In this document: one piece after another, positions 10,494 through 20,337 of the stretch | Layout of the letters: each line of letters begins with the position of its first letter | Position numbering within the stretch: the stretch's first letter is position 1 | Assembly: GCA_965215335.1 (NCBI GenBank) | Contig: CBDCDA010000001.1 | Span: 1,344,001 to 1,408,000 of the forward strand | Source of the DNA: an uncultured Candidatus Entotheonella sp. | GTDB taxonomy: Bacteria > Tectomicrobia > Entotheonellia > Entotheonellales > Entotheonellaceae | Direction of reading: 5' to 3' | DNA: 64,000 nt | The notes under the pieces: generated by a model | Database searches by the model: none | What the model saw: the letters and a program-made list of their open reading frames with translations, nothing else | Told to the model about the DNA's origin: nothing | Program-made: the position numbers and the translations under genes

Positions 10494-11240
10494 ATGCGAT
10501 TAGCAGGCAAAGTGGCATTGATCAGCGGGGCCGGCGGCGGCATGGGGGCCGAGGAAGCGCGGCTGTTTGCCCGCGAGGGCGCCAAGGTCATTATCGCGGA
10601 CGTGCTGGAAGATGAGGGCCGCCAGGTCGAGACGGAGATTCGTGGCGCCGGCGGGGAAGCGGTGTTCGTGCCTGTGGACGTGACCCGCGAGGCCGACTGG
10701 GAACAGGCGGTGGGCACCGCCGTGCAGCGCTTCGGCAAGCTCGACGTGCTGGTGAACAACGCCGGCCTGAGCAGCACATCGGTAGACGACCCGCTGGAGA
10801 CGGCGGGCTGGCACCGCATCATGCAGGTGAACACCACCGGCGTGTTCCTGGGCACCCGGTTCACCATTCCCGCGATGCAGTCCGCAGGCGGCGGCTCGAT
10901 CGTCAACATCTCCTCGATCATGGGTTTCGTGGGCGGCGAGTCCGGCCACCCGGCCTACCACGCCTCCAAGGGCGCCGTGCGTATCTTCACCAAGGCCATC
11001 GCCGTGCAGTATGGCCCCGACAACATCCGCGCCAATTCCATCCACCCCGGCTTCATGCCGCCCATGCGCTCGTCCCGCCAGACGGCCACGGAACGAGATG
11101 CCCGCATCGCGGACACGCCCTTGCGCCGCACCGGCAAGCTCATCGAGGTAGCCAATGGGGTACTGTTCCTGGCCTCGGACGAGGCGTCCTTCATTACGGG
11201 TACCGAGCTGGTCATCGATGGCGGCTACATCGCCAGATAA
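10494..11240 (+). CDS. Short-chain dehydrogenase/reductase
   Basis: [21 protein letters not shown]. Confidence 0.93.
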   Translation: MRLAGKVALISGAGGGMGAEEARLFAREGAKVIIADVLEDEGRQVETEIRGAGGEAVFVPVDVTREADWEQAVGTAVQRFGKLDVLVNNAGLSSTSVDDPLETAGWHRIMQVNTTGVFLGTRFTIPAMQSAGGGSIVNISSIMGFVGGESGHPAYHASKGAVRIFTKAIAVQYGPDNIRANSIHPGFMPPMRSSRQTATERDARIADTPLRRTGKLIEVANGVLFLASDEASFITGTELVIDGGYIAR

Positions 11241-11250
11241 CGCCAGGGTC

Positions 11251-13059
11251 TCAGGGGCTCCGCAGCGGGTCCCTGAGGCTGCGCACAAAACGGATGAGCT
11301 GCCAGCGCTCGGTGTCCGACAGCGTGCCCTCGAAGCCGGGCATCGTCGTTCCCGCCATGCCGTATGCCAGCCACCAGAAAATATCGCCGTCGGTGTGATC
11401 ATCAACGTGGTCTGCCGTCAGGTCAGCGGGAGGCGCACTGAGGGCCGCGGCTGCCGGCCCGTCGCCGCGTCCCGTCTGGCCGTGGCAGGGCGTGCAGTGC
11501 GTGCGGAACAGGGCTGCGCCTTGCGCCACCACGGCGGGGTCAGGCGGCATCGGGTTCGTCACGTAGGACGTGGGATAGGCGTCGACGAGCACAACGCGCA
11601 GGCAGAGCGCCGCGCCGCAGGCGAACAGCGCCAGGCCAACGGGGGTCGTCCATAGCGGCAGCCGGCGACGCTGGCTGGTCCATAGCGTGAAGACGGCCAG
11701 GGCGGCCAGCAGCACGCCGAGCACGCACGACAGGATGTTCAGCGGGGAAAACGTCACGGCGGCCAATTCGACACGGCGCAGGCGCCCGAGATCGAGCGCC
11801 CCGGTGTCGGCGGTGAAGCCCACTGTGGTGCGCATGGCGGCGGACGCGGGTGGCTGCACGGTTACCTGAACCTGCCAGTCTCCGGCCATGGAGACGAGCC
11901 CGGCAACGGCGTAGCGTCCGGGACCGACGGGCTCGGCGGTCACGTCCGACAGGCCCATGTCGTGATCGACCATTCGCATGTATAGCGAAACGGTGCTGCC
12001 GGGCGGCAGCGGTTGGCCGTTTCGTGCCGACAGGGTGACGTCGAAGGCCACCCCGCCGATGTCGTTCGTCGGCGCCATGGCAAGGTGCATGTCCATGGGT
12101 CCGACGCGCCGTTGCCAGTCCTGGCGCACGATGTGTCCGGGCCGCTCGGCGGGCGTGCAGGTGGTGAGCACGCCGGCCAGCACCATGCCGCACAGAACGA
12201 GGCCGGCCTCGATCCGGACCAGAACCTGCAGGTTACGGACGTTGTGCGCGGCGCTGTCGGGTGCAACGCGCCGCGTCTGCCGGGTCAGCGCCGGGCTGAT
12301 GACCAGGAGGTGCACGCCGGCGATGCCCAAGGCGAGCGCGAAGGCGATCAGCTTGCCCAGCAGGGCGCGCCCGTAAGGGGTGATGGTCAACGCTTCGGGT
12401 CCGTAGACGTGCAGGAAGGTGGCAATGGCGCCCGTGGTAGCCACGGTCAGGGTGGCGCCGAGTGCCAGCGCCGAAAAGCGCCGCACGAGCCGGCCAATGA
12501 GGCGTGTGTGATGGACGAGGTCACCGCGCAACAGGCGCCAGGGCAAGGCAGCGAAATACAGCAAGCCACCGCCCCAAACGACTGCGGCCAGGACGTGCAC
12601 GATATCACTGATGAACGGGAGGACATCGGCTCGCGCCGCCGCATGGCTGGTCTGGCTGACGGCACCCGCGAGCGCCAGCCCAATGGCGCCCGTGCACACC
12701 GCCCCGGTTTTGCAGGCTCGCTGCTGTATCATCAGGAACAGGGCGGTAAACAGCGGCGCGAGGGCCACTTTGAGCAAGGCCATCTGCCCGTAACGCGATG
12801 CCGTCAGGAACAGCCACACGTCCGACGGCATCGATACGTCGACCACTTCGCCCGCGGCCCGTACCCCCGCCGCAAGCCCGGACAACACGAACAGGACCGC
12901 GCCACCAACGACCCCGAACCGGATGCGCTTCGCTGCCCGCGCCGCGGTAGCATCGTCAGCACCGCCGCATACCGGCCGCCATATCACAAGCCAGAACACC
13001 ACGCCGCCACCCAACGCCATGAGCGCAGCAAAATGAACGGCTTTCAGAACGGCAACCAT
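11251..13059 (-). CDS. CopD-family copper transporter fused to a YtkA/FixH-like domain and a c-type cytochrome
   Basis: SHAA and HVLAAVVWGGGL (CopD), MVDHDMG...SMAGDWQV (YtkA-like), CTPCHG...MPGF (cytochrome c). Confidence 0.82.
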   Translation of the reverse strand: MVAVLKAVHFAALMALGGGVVFWLVIWRPVCGGADDATAARAAKRIRFGVVGGAVLFVLSGLAAGVRAAGEVVDVSMPSDVWLFLTASRYGQMALLKVALAPLFTALFLMIQQRACKTGAVCTGAIGLALAGAVSQTSHAAARADVLPFISDIVHVLAAVVWGGGLLYFAALPWRLLRGDLVHHTRLIGRLVRRFSALALGATLTVATTGAIATFLHVYGPEALTITPYGRALLGKLIAFALALGIAGVHLLVISPALTRQTRRVAPDSAAHNVRNLQVLVRIEAGLVLCGMVLAGVLTTCTPAERPGHIVRQDWQRRVGPMDMHLAMAPTNDIGGVAFDVTLSARNGQPLPPGSTVSLYMRMVDHDMGLSDVTAEPVGPGRYAVAGLVSMAGDWQVQVTVQPPASAAMRTTVGFTADTGALDLGRLRRVELAAVTFSPLNILSCVLGVLLAALAVFTLWTSQRRRLPLWTTPVGLALFACGAALCLRVVLVDAYPTSYVTNPMPPDPAVVAQGAALFRTHCTPCHGQTGRGDGPAAAALSAPPADLTADHVDDHTDGDIFWWLAYGMAGTTMPGFEGTLSDTERWQLIRFVRSLRDPLRSP

Positions 13060-13122
13060 GGCTGGACTGCACCAGGGGACTGCGGGAATTGTGGCTTCAC
13101 GAAAGGATTCGGATGAGCACGG

Positions 13123-13151
13123 ACGCTACCGACTCCCCTCGGTCCTGTCAA
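13123..13151 (-). promoter_or_regulatory. Putative sigma-70 promoter of the copD fusion
   Basis: TTGACA-N17-TAGCGT on the minus strand, about 65 nt upstream of the ATG. Confidence 0.55.
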
Positions 13152-13291
13152 GCGCCTCATAACATGCCATAATGTACGAGCCGTGCAGGTCGGATGAGAG
13201 ACAGCGAGTCGGAAGCCGGGTTACGCCTGTGGCGAACCCGATCTGCAACGCTTGCCCTGAACCCTCAAACGCCCAAGGACGCCTTGCTCTA

Positions 13292-13873
13292 ATGGCCCCT
13301 TTTTCGAGACGCTTTTTCGTCGCATTCGCCGTTGTGCTCAGCCTCGTCCTGGCCGGCTGCAACACGCCCTCGGATTCAAACGATGCCAACCCCACCGGCA
13401 CCCTGGAAATCCACCTCACCGACCACCGCGAGGCCATCGGCGATTTCGCCCGTCTCGACATGGAAATCGACACGGTGCGCCTGCACCCCAAGCGTCTTTT
13501 GCCGCTGCGCAAGTCCGACTGGCTTGATCTGCAGCCCGCCGTGGCCAGCGTCGACCTGACGCAATACACCGAAAAGCGCACGGTCGCCATCTGGCGCGGC
13601 GCGTTGCCGACCGGGCGCTTTGAAGCCCTCCACCTCAAGCTCAAACACGCCGGCGGTGAGCTTAAGGAATCCGCCGAAACCGTGCCCGTGGCCGACCAGG
13701 CAGGCCCCATTCGCCTGCCGTTCGACATCCGCCCGCACGACGTCACCCGCGTCGTCGTCGACCTCGTCGTCCTCGACATGAGCGACCACCCGAACCGCGG
13801 CTACGAGGTGCACGTGCGCGGCTACGAGCTTTATTACAACGATGCCCCGGTCGAAAAGGTGCCGCCGGGGTAA
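13292..13873 (+). CDS. Lipoprotein, DUF4382-like
   Basis: Lipobox LAGC, GTLEIHLTD, VDLTQ pattern. Confidence 0.65.
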   Translation: MAPFSRRFFVAFAVVLSLVLAGCNTPSDSNDANPTGTLEIHLTDHREAIGDFARLDMEIDTVRLHPKRLLPLRKSDWLDLQPAVASVDLTQYTEKRTVAIWRGALPTGRFEALHLKLKHAGGELKESAETVPVADQAGPIRLPFDIRPHDVTRVVVDLVVLDMSDHPNRGYEVHVRGYELYYNDAPVEKVPPG

Positions 13874-13902
13874 ACCGTCAACCGCTGCCGTGGAGACCGG
13901 GA

Positions 13903-14532
13903 ATGCAGCGTTTTTGGGTGCCGTTGCTCATCGTAGTCGTCGGCGTGGCGAGCGCTTTCCTGTGGGCGGACCTGTTCCGCTTTGCCCGGCAGTCGTCCGT
14001 GCCGGCGCTGCCGCCGCTCGGCACGCTGCCGGCCTTCGAGCTGACCGAACGCCGTCAAGCACCGCTGCGCCTCGACGACCTGCGCGGAAAGGTGTGGGTA
14101 GCGGACTTCATGTACACGTCGTGCGTCGAGATATGTCCGCTGCAGAGCGCCGAGATGGCGCGATTGCAGGCGGCGTTCGCCGACCACGCAGACCTGCGTC
14201 TGGTGTCGATCAGCGTCGATCCCGAGCGCGACACGCCTGTGGTACTGTCTGCCTATGCCGAGAAATTTCAGGCCGACCCGGAGCGTTGGCTCTTCGCCAC
14301 CGGCGAGCCGGACGCCGTCGCCCGCCTGGCACAGGAGGGCTTCCGGCTGAGCGCCGCGTCCTACGCGCCCACGGACGATGGTGCGGACCATACGTTTATT
14401 CACAGCAACCGCTTCGTCCTGGTCGACCGCCAGGGCCGCATTCGCGGTTATTATCGAAGCACGGACCCCGACGATCTGGTACGGCTGCGGCGTGACCTCG
14501 CGGTGCTGCTGCAACAGGCCGCCGCGTCATGA
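13903..14532 (+). CDS. SCO-family copper chaperone
   Basis: N-terminal anchor, YTSCVEICP (CxxxC), SVDPERDTP, HSNRFVLVD. Confidence 0.92.
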   Translation: MQRFWVPLLIVVVGVASAFLWADLFRFARQSSVPALPPLGTLPAFELTERRQAPLRLDDLRGKVWVADFMYTSCVEICPLQSAEMARLQAAFADHADLRLVSISVDPERDTPVVLSAYAEKFQADPERWLFATGEPDAVARLAQEGFRLSAASYAPTDDGADHTFIHSNRFVLVDRQGRIRGYYRSTDPDDLVRLRRDLAVLLQQAAAS

Positions 14533-14565
14533 GCCGCCGTTCATGAGTGGCGATAAGGAGATGCG

Positions 14566-15075
14566 ATGCAAGCTGAGGACCTGCGCGCCATGCAGGCGCC
14601 CTTCAAACAACGCTACCGCGAGGCGCCCGAGTCGGCGCTGATTACGTTGTCGGCGCGCGGCAACCTGGACGTCGGCCTGACGTGCTCGGTGGAAACGGGC
14701 AAGGCCCTCGTGCAGGCCGGCTTGCATCCCGCCACCGGCGGTGACGGCCTGTCGGCGTGCTCCGGCGACATGCTGTTGCAGGCGCTGGTCGCCTGCGCCG
14801 GTGTCACCCTGCGGGCGGTGGCCACGGCGCTGGGCGTGCCGCTGCGCAGCGGCACGCTGGTGGCTGAAGGGGAGTTGGACTTTCGCGGCACCCTGGGCGT
14901 GAGCAAAGAGGCGCCGGTAGGATTTTCGAATATCCGCCTGCACTTCGACCTCGACACGGACGCCACGCCAGAGCAACTGCGTAGCCTGCTATCGCTGACC
15001 GAGCGATATTGCGTGGTGTATCAAACGCTGCGTCGCCAGCCGGACGTCGCCGTCAAGCTCGTCAATCCTGCCTGA
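14566..15075 (+). CDS. OsmC-family protein
   Basis: ACSGDMLLQALVACAG, ERYCVVYQTL. Confidence 0.9.
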   Translation: MQAEDLRAMQAPFKQRYREAPESALITLSARGNLDVGLTCSVETGKALVQAGLHPATGGDGLSACSGDMLLQALVACAGVTLRAVATALGVPLRSGTLVAEGELDFRGTLGVSKEAPVGFSNIRLHFDLDTDATPEQLRSLLSLTERYCVVYQTLRRQPDVAVKLVNPA

Positions 15076-15112
15076 ACGCAAACAGGGGGGACAGCGCTCA
15101 GGCCGTTCCCCC

Positions 15113-16376
15113 CAGGGCAATCGACTGAACAGCGTCACTTGGTGAGGAGTGAGTAGAGGAAGTCCTCATTCCATGCCGCGAGGTGACGACTGGATCGCAT
15201 GCTGTGCTTGCCCTTGCCTCGCCGCAGCAGATTGCTGGCTATATGCTTGATGGTGACGAAGTTGGCCGGTGCGTTCTGGCTTCGTATGCGGCACTCATCG
15301 TCCCGAAATACCATGTCCATCACCCAGTGCAGCCCATTCTCGACCCCCCAGTGGCTGCGCACTGCCTGCCCGATCTGCTGCGCGTCGCCAGGCAGCGAAC
15401 TGATGTAGTACCGCGTCTCCTGTTCGACCTTACCCTCGACTAGCAACTCACGCCGGCTGTCCACCTTGGCGATGCTGCGCAGTCCCGGCCAATCGTGGCT
15501 GTCCTGCAGCCACGCGATCTGCTCAGTCGCTACCACACGCCGCGTCTCCAGGCGTCCATGGTTCTTCTCGACGTGACGATGAACGGTGACCTCGTGCCCG
15601 GCGAAGCCGCCCTGCGGGTCGTCAAGCAGCAACGCCACGTCCTCGTGCAGGGTCCCCTGATTTCCTTTCAGCCCTAATACATAATTAATCCGCTTCCTGG
15701 TCGATGATCCGGGCGGCGATGGCACGCTGCGTACCCATCGCATCGAGGCTCACGACCGCACCCCGTAGCCCCAGCAACTCCAGCAACTTCGGGATCGCGG
15801 TGATCTCGTTGGACTTCGGGTCCACCTGGCGTTGCCCCAACACCATCCGCTGGCGCGAACTCCACGCTGAGATCATATGGATCGGCCCCTGCCCGGCAGC
15901 GTGGTCGAACGAGCGCCGCAAGGTCTTGCCGTCCACCGCCACCACCCCGCGAACCGCCTCCGTGAATCGCTCCACCCAGGCGATGAAACACCGCTGAAAC
16001 TGTTCGGCATCCAGCTTGGCGAACAGGATCCCCAGTTGGTCATGCGACGGGGTGCCGTGCTCGAACGGCAAGAAGCGACGCAGGAACTCCAGCCGCTGCT
16101 GGCCATAGAGGGCGATCTCAACCCAGCAATCGGCGCCGCTGAGCACCGCGCACAGACACAGCAGCAGGATCTCCTCCAGCGGATAGAGCACCTTGGCCTG
16201 TTGGCGTGAGTCTTCCAGGTCGGCGAAACTGTCCAAGAACTCGATGGTGTGATCGGAATCTACGCAATCCACGGTCATCTCTTTGTCCCTCCTAGAGCTA
16301 TGCTATCGCTCTATCAGAGAATACCGATCAGATCACGCCTGTCATCCCCCCGGAAAAAATTCAGTCGATTGCCCTG
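15113..16376 (-). mobile_element. ISAs1-family element; transposase (16278-15135) frameshifted
   Basis: 17-bp IR CAGGGCAATCGACTGAA; 10-bp TSD CCGTTCCCCC at 15103-15112 and 16377-16386; DGKTLR, KSNEITAIP, HWGVEN. Confidence 0.95.
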
Positions 16377-16449
16377 CCGTTCCCCCTGTTTCAGCATGCG
16401 GAATGTCGGAACACACTGCGCGAATCCGACCTGCATCTATCCAAAATAC

Positions 16450-17343
16450 CTACGCCACGGTCACTTTGGACAGACCCAACTCGGCGATGCGGTTGAGCAC
16501 GGTCTCGCGCTCCGCATCGGTGAGCGGCAGGCCGGGCGGCCGCGGCTCGCCGCAGTCGATGCCGAGACGCTCGCTGAGCACCGCCTTGATGGTGCTGTGC
16601 AGGCCGTATGTGCGCACGATGTTGGTGACGTCGGTGGCGTGATCCTGGGCAGCCGCGGCGCGCTTCAGGTCGCCGTCCTGGTACGCCTGCCAGATGTCGA
16701 TCCACAATTCGGGCGCCATGTTGGGCGGGCCGTCCACGCAGCCGCAGGCGCCCACAGTGAGTCCGGGCAGCATGAGGGCGCTGTTGCCGACGAAGCAGGC
16801 GAGGCCCATCTTGACGAATTCGCGCACGTTGGTAAAGGTGAGGGCGGAGTGCTTCAGGCCGGTGAGCTGCGGCACGCCGTCCTGAATTTTCTTCATCAGG
16901 TCGGGCATGATCTCGGTGCCGGTGGCTTGCGGCAGGTTGTAGACGAACAGCGGCAGGTCGGCGGCCGCGGCCACGACGCGGTAGTGCTCGACGATGGCTT
17001 CATCGCTGGGTTTGTAGAAAAAGGGCGGCACGCAGCAGATGGCTTCAACGCCGGCGCGGGCAGCGTGCTCGGCGAGGCGGGCGGCACGCGCGGTGGTGGT
17101 GGCGCCCACGTGCATGATGTTGGCGATGCGGCCCCGGGACTGATCGGCAGCGATGGTGGCAACGCGCATGTTCTCGTCATCGTCCAGCAGCACGCTCTCA
17201 CCCGTGCCGCCCGCCACCCAGAAGCCGTGCACGCCGGCCTGAATGTTGAATTCCATTACCTCCCGAAAGGCCGCCTCGTTCAGCGCTCCGTCCGGGGTCA
17301 TAGGGGTGATAATGGCAGGGAACACCCCGCGAAACGTCGTCAT
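16450..17343 (-). CDS. Dihydrodipicolinate synthase/N-acetylneuraminate lyase family aldolase
   Basis: GVFPAIITP, GGTGES, YNLP, GLKHS; start ATG 17343. Confidence 0.9.
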   Translation of the reverse strand: MTTFRGVFPAIITPMTPDGALNEAAFREVMEFNIQAGVHGFWVAGGTGESVLLDDDENMRVATIAADQSRGRIANIMHVGATTTARAARLAEHAARAGVEAICCVPPFFYKPSDEAIVEHYRVVAAAADLPLFVYNLPQATGTEIMPDLMKKIQDGVPQLTGLKHSALTFTNVREFVKMGLACFVGNSALMLPGLTVGACGCVDGPPNMAPELWIDIWQAYQDGDLKRAAAAQDHATDVTNIVRTYGLHSTIKAVLSERLGIDCGEPRPPGLPLTDAERETVLNRIAELGLSKVTVA

Positions 17344-17429
17344 GTTACGTCTCCCTCGCCCGGCTCTTCGGGCGCTATGGATCATGGTGTGAAGCCATCG
17401 GTATACGCTTGTCGTGGCTTTGGTAAACC

Positions 17430-17771
17430 TTAACATGCCGGGGTGCGGCTATCCATAACGGCAGGCCGCTGGCACCTGGCGACGTCGTGCGTTTTCCAAT
17501 CCGGAACGTAAGCCGTCATCAGCGCCTTGAACAGCCTGCCGTGGTTGGGCACCCGCAGGTGCAGCAATTCGTGCGCGATAATGAAGTCCTGAAAGCCAGA
17601 CTCGTGATCGGCCAAGTCGGCGGCGAGGGTCAGAACGCCCGACGTGGAGCAGGATCCCCACTTGCGGGTCATGCGCCGGACGCGAATCAGACGCGGGCGC
17701 ACGTTCAAGCGCCGCGCCCAGGTTTCCACGCGCTCGCAGACGGCCTTGCGGCGCTCGTCAGGCGTCCGCAT
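17430..17771 (-). CDS. Short M48/DUF45 (YgjP-like) metallopeptidase, typical type I R-M neighbour
   Basis: [20 protein letters not shown]. Confidence 0.8.
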   Translation of the reverse strand: MRTPDERRKAVCERVETWARRLNVRPRLIRVRRMTRKWGSCSTSGVLTLAADLADHESGFQDFIIAHELLHLRVPNHGRLFKALMTAYVPDWKTHDVARCQRPAVMDSRTPAC

Positions 17772-18680
17772 CGGTGTCCATGCCCAGCAGAATCGCGACG
17801 ATGCGCTCAACCACACGGCTTCGCGCGTCGCTATCAAGGGGCAGAAGCGGGGTATAAAGGGCCGCCCGCAGCCGCCGCTGCTCGTCGGCATTGACCGCCG
17901 CGTTGGGAAAGCGGTCGAGAAGCTCTTCGGCGCGTTGCGCCAGGTCCAAAGTGGCGATGCCGGCAGCGCGCAGGCTGGCGTCGTCCTTGAGCGCCCAGTG
18001 AACGCCGAAGGCGCGCGCTGACAGGCCGCTGGCTTTCGCCGCTGTCGCTGCCGTTTCCTTTTCCCTGGCCAAGACGGTCAGCCGCTCCATTGCTTCCAGC
18101 CCGGATAGGGTGCGCTCCGCCAGGTCCTTGAGGATGCGTTCGGCGCGTTCCTTCAGAGGCAGCAGCACGGGCTGGCTTTCGGGTTCGCCGGTGATTTCCT
18201 GCCGCAGCCCGCGCACCAGGTTGAACACCTTGGCTTCGTCCGGTCCCGGCTCGTTGCGCAGCGCCTCCAGGGTGCGCAGGTCGAACGTCACGACCTTCGT
18301 CCGATAGCCCAGGCCTTCCTGGGTTGCGCCCTCCGCCACCAGGCCGTGGGTCTTGCGAGCCAGGTCCGCAGCGTAGGACATGTCCTCCGCGTAGGCGTTG
18401 CGCACCGCGGCATAGAGTTGGGCCAGCCGTTTGAAGGTATCGATGTGGCCGCGCAGTTCCGGCGAAGGGGACAGAATTTCCCAGAGCGCCTCGATTTCTT
18501 TGTATGCCTCGAAGAACGCCTTGCGCGCCTCTGCTTCCAGAAAGCGCCCGTAGAGGATCCGTTCTAGACGCTCGTCGGCGCTGCCGCCGCCAGCGTCTCG
18601 CAAGTAATCGGCGTTGGCACCGGCGATTTTGTCGTGAAAGTCATGCATCAGCAGATCAAGATCCTCAATCGCTCCGCGCT
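17758..18680 (-). pseudogene. C-terminal remnant of a type I restriction subunit (HsdR-like)
   Basis: IEDLDLL...[18 protein letters not shown]...KVFNLVRGL resembles HsdR C-termini and overlaps the M48 gene; no helicase motifs remain. Confidence 0.6.
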
Positions 18681-18804
18681 GTATATGTCTCCAGAGAACG
18701 GACGATCGTGGATGATAACGTCGTCCTCTGAGCATGAGCGGGACAGCGAAATTTGCACGCTCGTGTTGGCGACCTTGCGCGGACACACCAATATGAACTT
18801 GTGC

Positions 18805-20337
18805 TTATGGGATATGATCACGGCGAATAGCCTCCCAAAATCGACGGCTCAACCGCTTCAGGAACGACCGAGCCTCTCCGGGGCTGCGAATGTCCCGCAT
18901 CCTGTTGAGCAAGCGCTCCCATTTGCCTGAATACTCCGCCGTCCTTGTCGCCGTGGCGCGGTCTGCATCGTCCCACGCCGCTCCGGCGACCCTGAGCCTC
19001 AGCGCCTTGGCGCGTATCGCCCGCACCTCGCCGAAGTCGGTGGGGCTGCCTCCCGTCCGTCGCGCCCGGTGGAGCGCCCACGCCCGGGTGATCGACACGC
19101 GGGACTCGTCGGGGAGCACCGATACCGCGGCGACCGCGTCTCCGAGTTTCACGCGCAGACGATGCACCAAGTCTTTGGCGAACATAACGGTAGCAGGAAG
19201 CCTGACATGGAACGAAGCGGCGGGGAATTCGTCAAGGGGCGCGCCGGCGGAGCCGACTCGTACGCGCGGGTCCGCTCCGAACTCGTCCCGGAGCCACGCC
19301 AGTCGCTCATCATTGTCGTCGCCCGCTTGCGTTTCGATTCTCACCACCAGGTCGTGCACACGATCGGCCAGGACGGTCCCGGTGGTCTCGATGACCTGGA
19401 CGGCTGAACTATGTCCCGCATCGATGGTCACCACATACTGAGGCACGGTGAAGACTCGACCGGGCCTGTTTCTGCGCAACGAGTCGTGGGCGATCAGGTG
19501 AGCTGCTTTCCCAAGCTGCCGCCGACGCTGCCGCCGTTTGGAGTCTCTGCCCTCATCCCATCGGCCCTGATGCCATGCGAAGGCATTCCGAACCGGCACC
19601 AGCAATCCGCCGTACGTATACGCCCGGTAGCCGAATTCGGTGTCCTCCAAGCCCCAGCGCACGAACGATTCATCGAATCCGCCTACCAGTTCGTAGAAAT
19701 GCCTGCGGATCCCGAAGTTTGCCGCGACCAAAACACTGTACAGGTCGTCGGTCCTTGAGGTCAGATCGTTGGATCGCAGCAGGTACGCTTCAACCCACGA
19801 CCGGTCCACTGGCCGGTCCGAGAATAGCTCTTTCAACGATCCCGTCCGGCGTCGAACCATCTCAGCATCGATGCCGTCCATCGCCACATGACCGCGGGGT
19901 CCCAACGTCAGAGCGTCGGAGACAACGTGGTGCCAGCGGGCGTGCGCCACCATCCAGTCCGTCTCCGCCAGCATGTCGCTGTCGAGAAAGAGCAGGATGT
20001 CGTGAGCGGCCGCCCGTACGCCGGTGTTTCGCGCTCTGGCCAATCCGAACCCGCAACGCTCCTGACGCAGCACCTTCATGTCCAACAGTGTCGACCGAGG
20101 TCGCTCCAGTGGCGGTTCCGACCCATCGTCCACGATCACCACCTCGAACAGGTCGCGCGGGTAGGTCTGCCCTTCCAGCGCCGCCAGGGTCCTCGCCAGC
20201 GTCGCGCGGGGGGGGGGGGCGTATACCGAAATGACTACGCTGACCGGCAAGGTGGGCTTGAACGCCTCGGGCGCCGGCACATCCACCTGCCGCCAGTCGT
20301 TGTAGCGGACGGACGCAGGTCCAAGCTCAGGACTCAT
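18805..20337 (-). CDS. Glycosyltransferase family 2, native 5' end replaced by an IS remnant
   Basis: VSVVIS, VDDGS, ARARNTG, LDSDM, GGFDESF..WGLEDTE; the only nearby in-frame start with an RBS lies in the IS end (ATG 20337). Confidence 0.75.
   Translation of the reverse strand: MSPELGPASVRYNDWRQVDVPAPEAFKPTLPVSVVISVYAPPPRATLARTLAALEGQTYPRDLFEVVIVDDGSEPPLERPRSTLLDMKVLRQERCGFGLARARNTGVRAAAHDILLFLDSDMLAETDWMVAHARWHHVVSDALTLGPRGHVAMDGIDAEMVRRRTGSLKELFSDRPVDRSWVEAYLLRSNDLTSRTDDLYSVLVAANFGIRRHFYELVGGFDESFVRWGLEDTEFGYRAYTYGGLLVPVRNAFAWHQGRWDEGRDSKRRQRRRQLGKAAHLIAHDSLRRNRPGRVFTVPQYVVTIDAGHSSAVQVIETTGTVLADRVHDLVVRIETQAGDDNDERLAWLRDEFGADPRVRVGSAGAPLDEFPAASFHVRLPATVMFAKDLVHRLRVKLGDAVAAVSVLPDESRVSITRAWALHRARRTGGSPTDFGEVRAIRAKALRLRVAGAAWDDADRATATRTAEYSGKWERLLNRMRDIRSPGEARSFLKRLSRRFWEAIRRDHIP
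20208..20219. repeat. G12/C12 homopolymer inside the GT2 coding region
   Basis: 12 consecutive G on the plus strand, currently in frame (APPPR). Confidence 0.9.
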
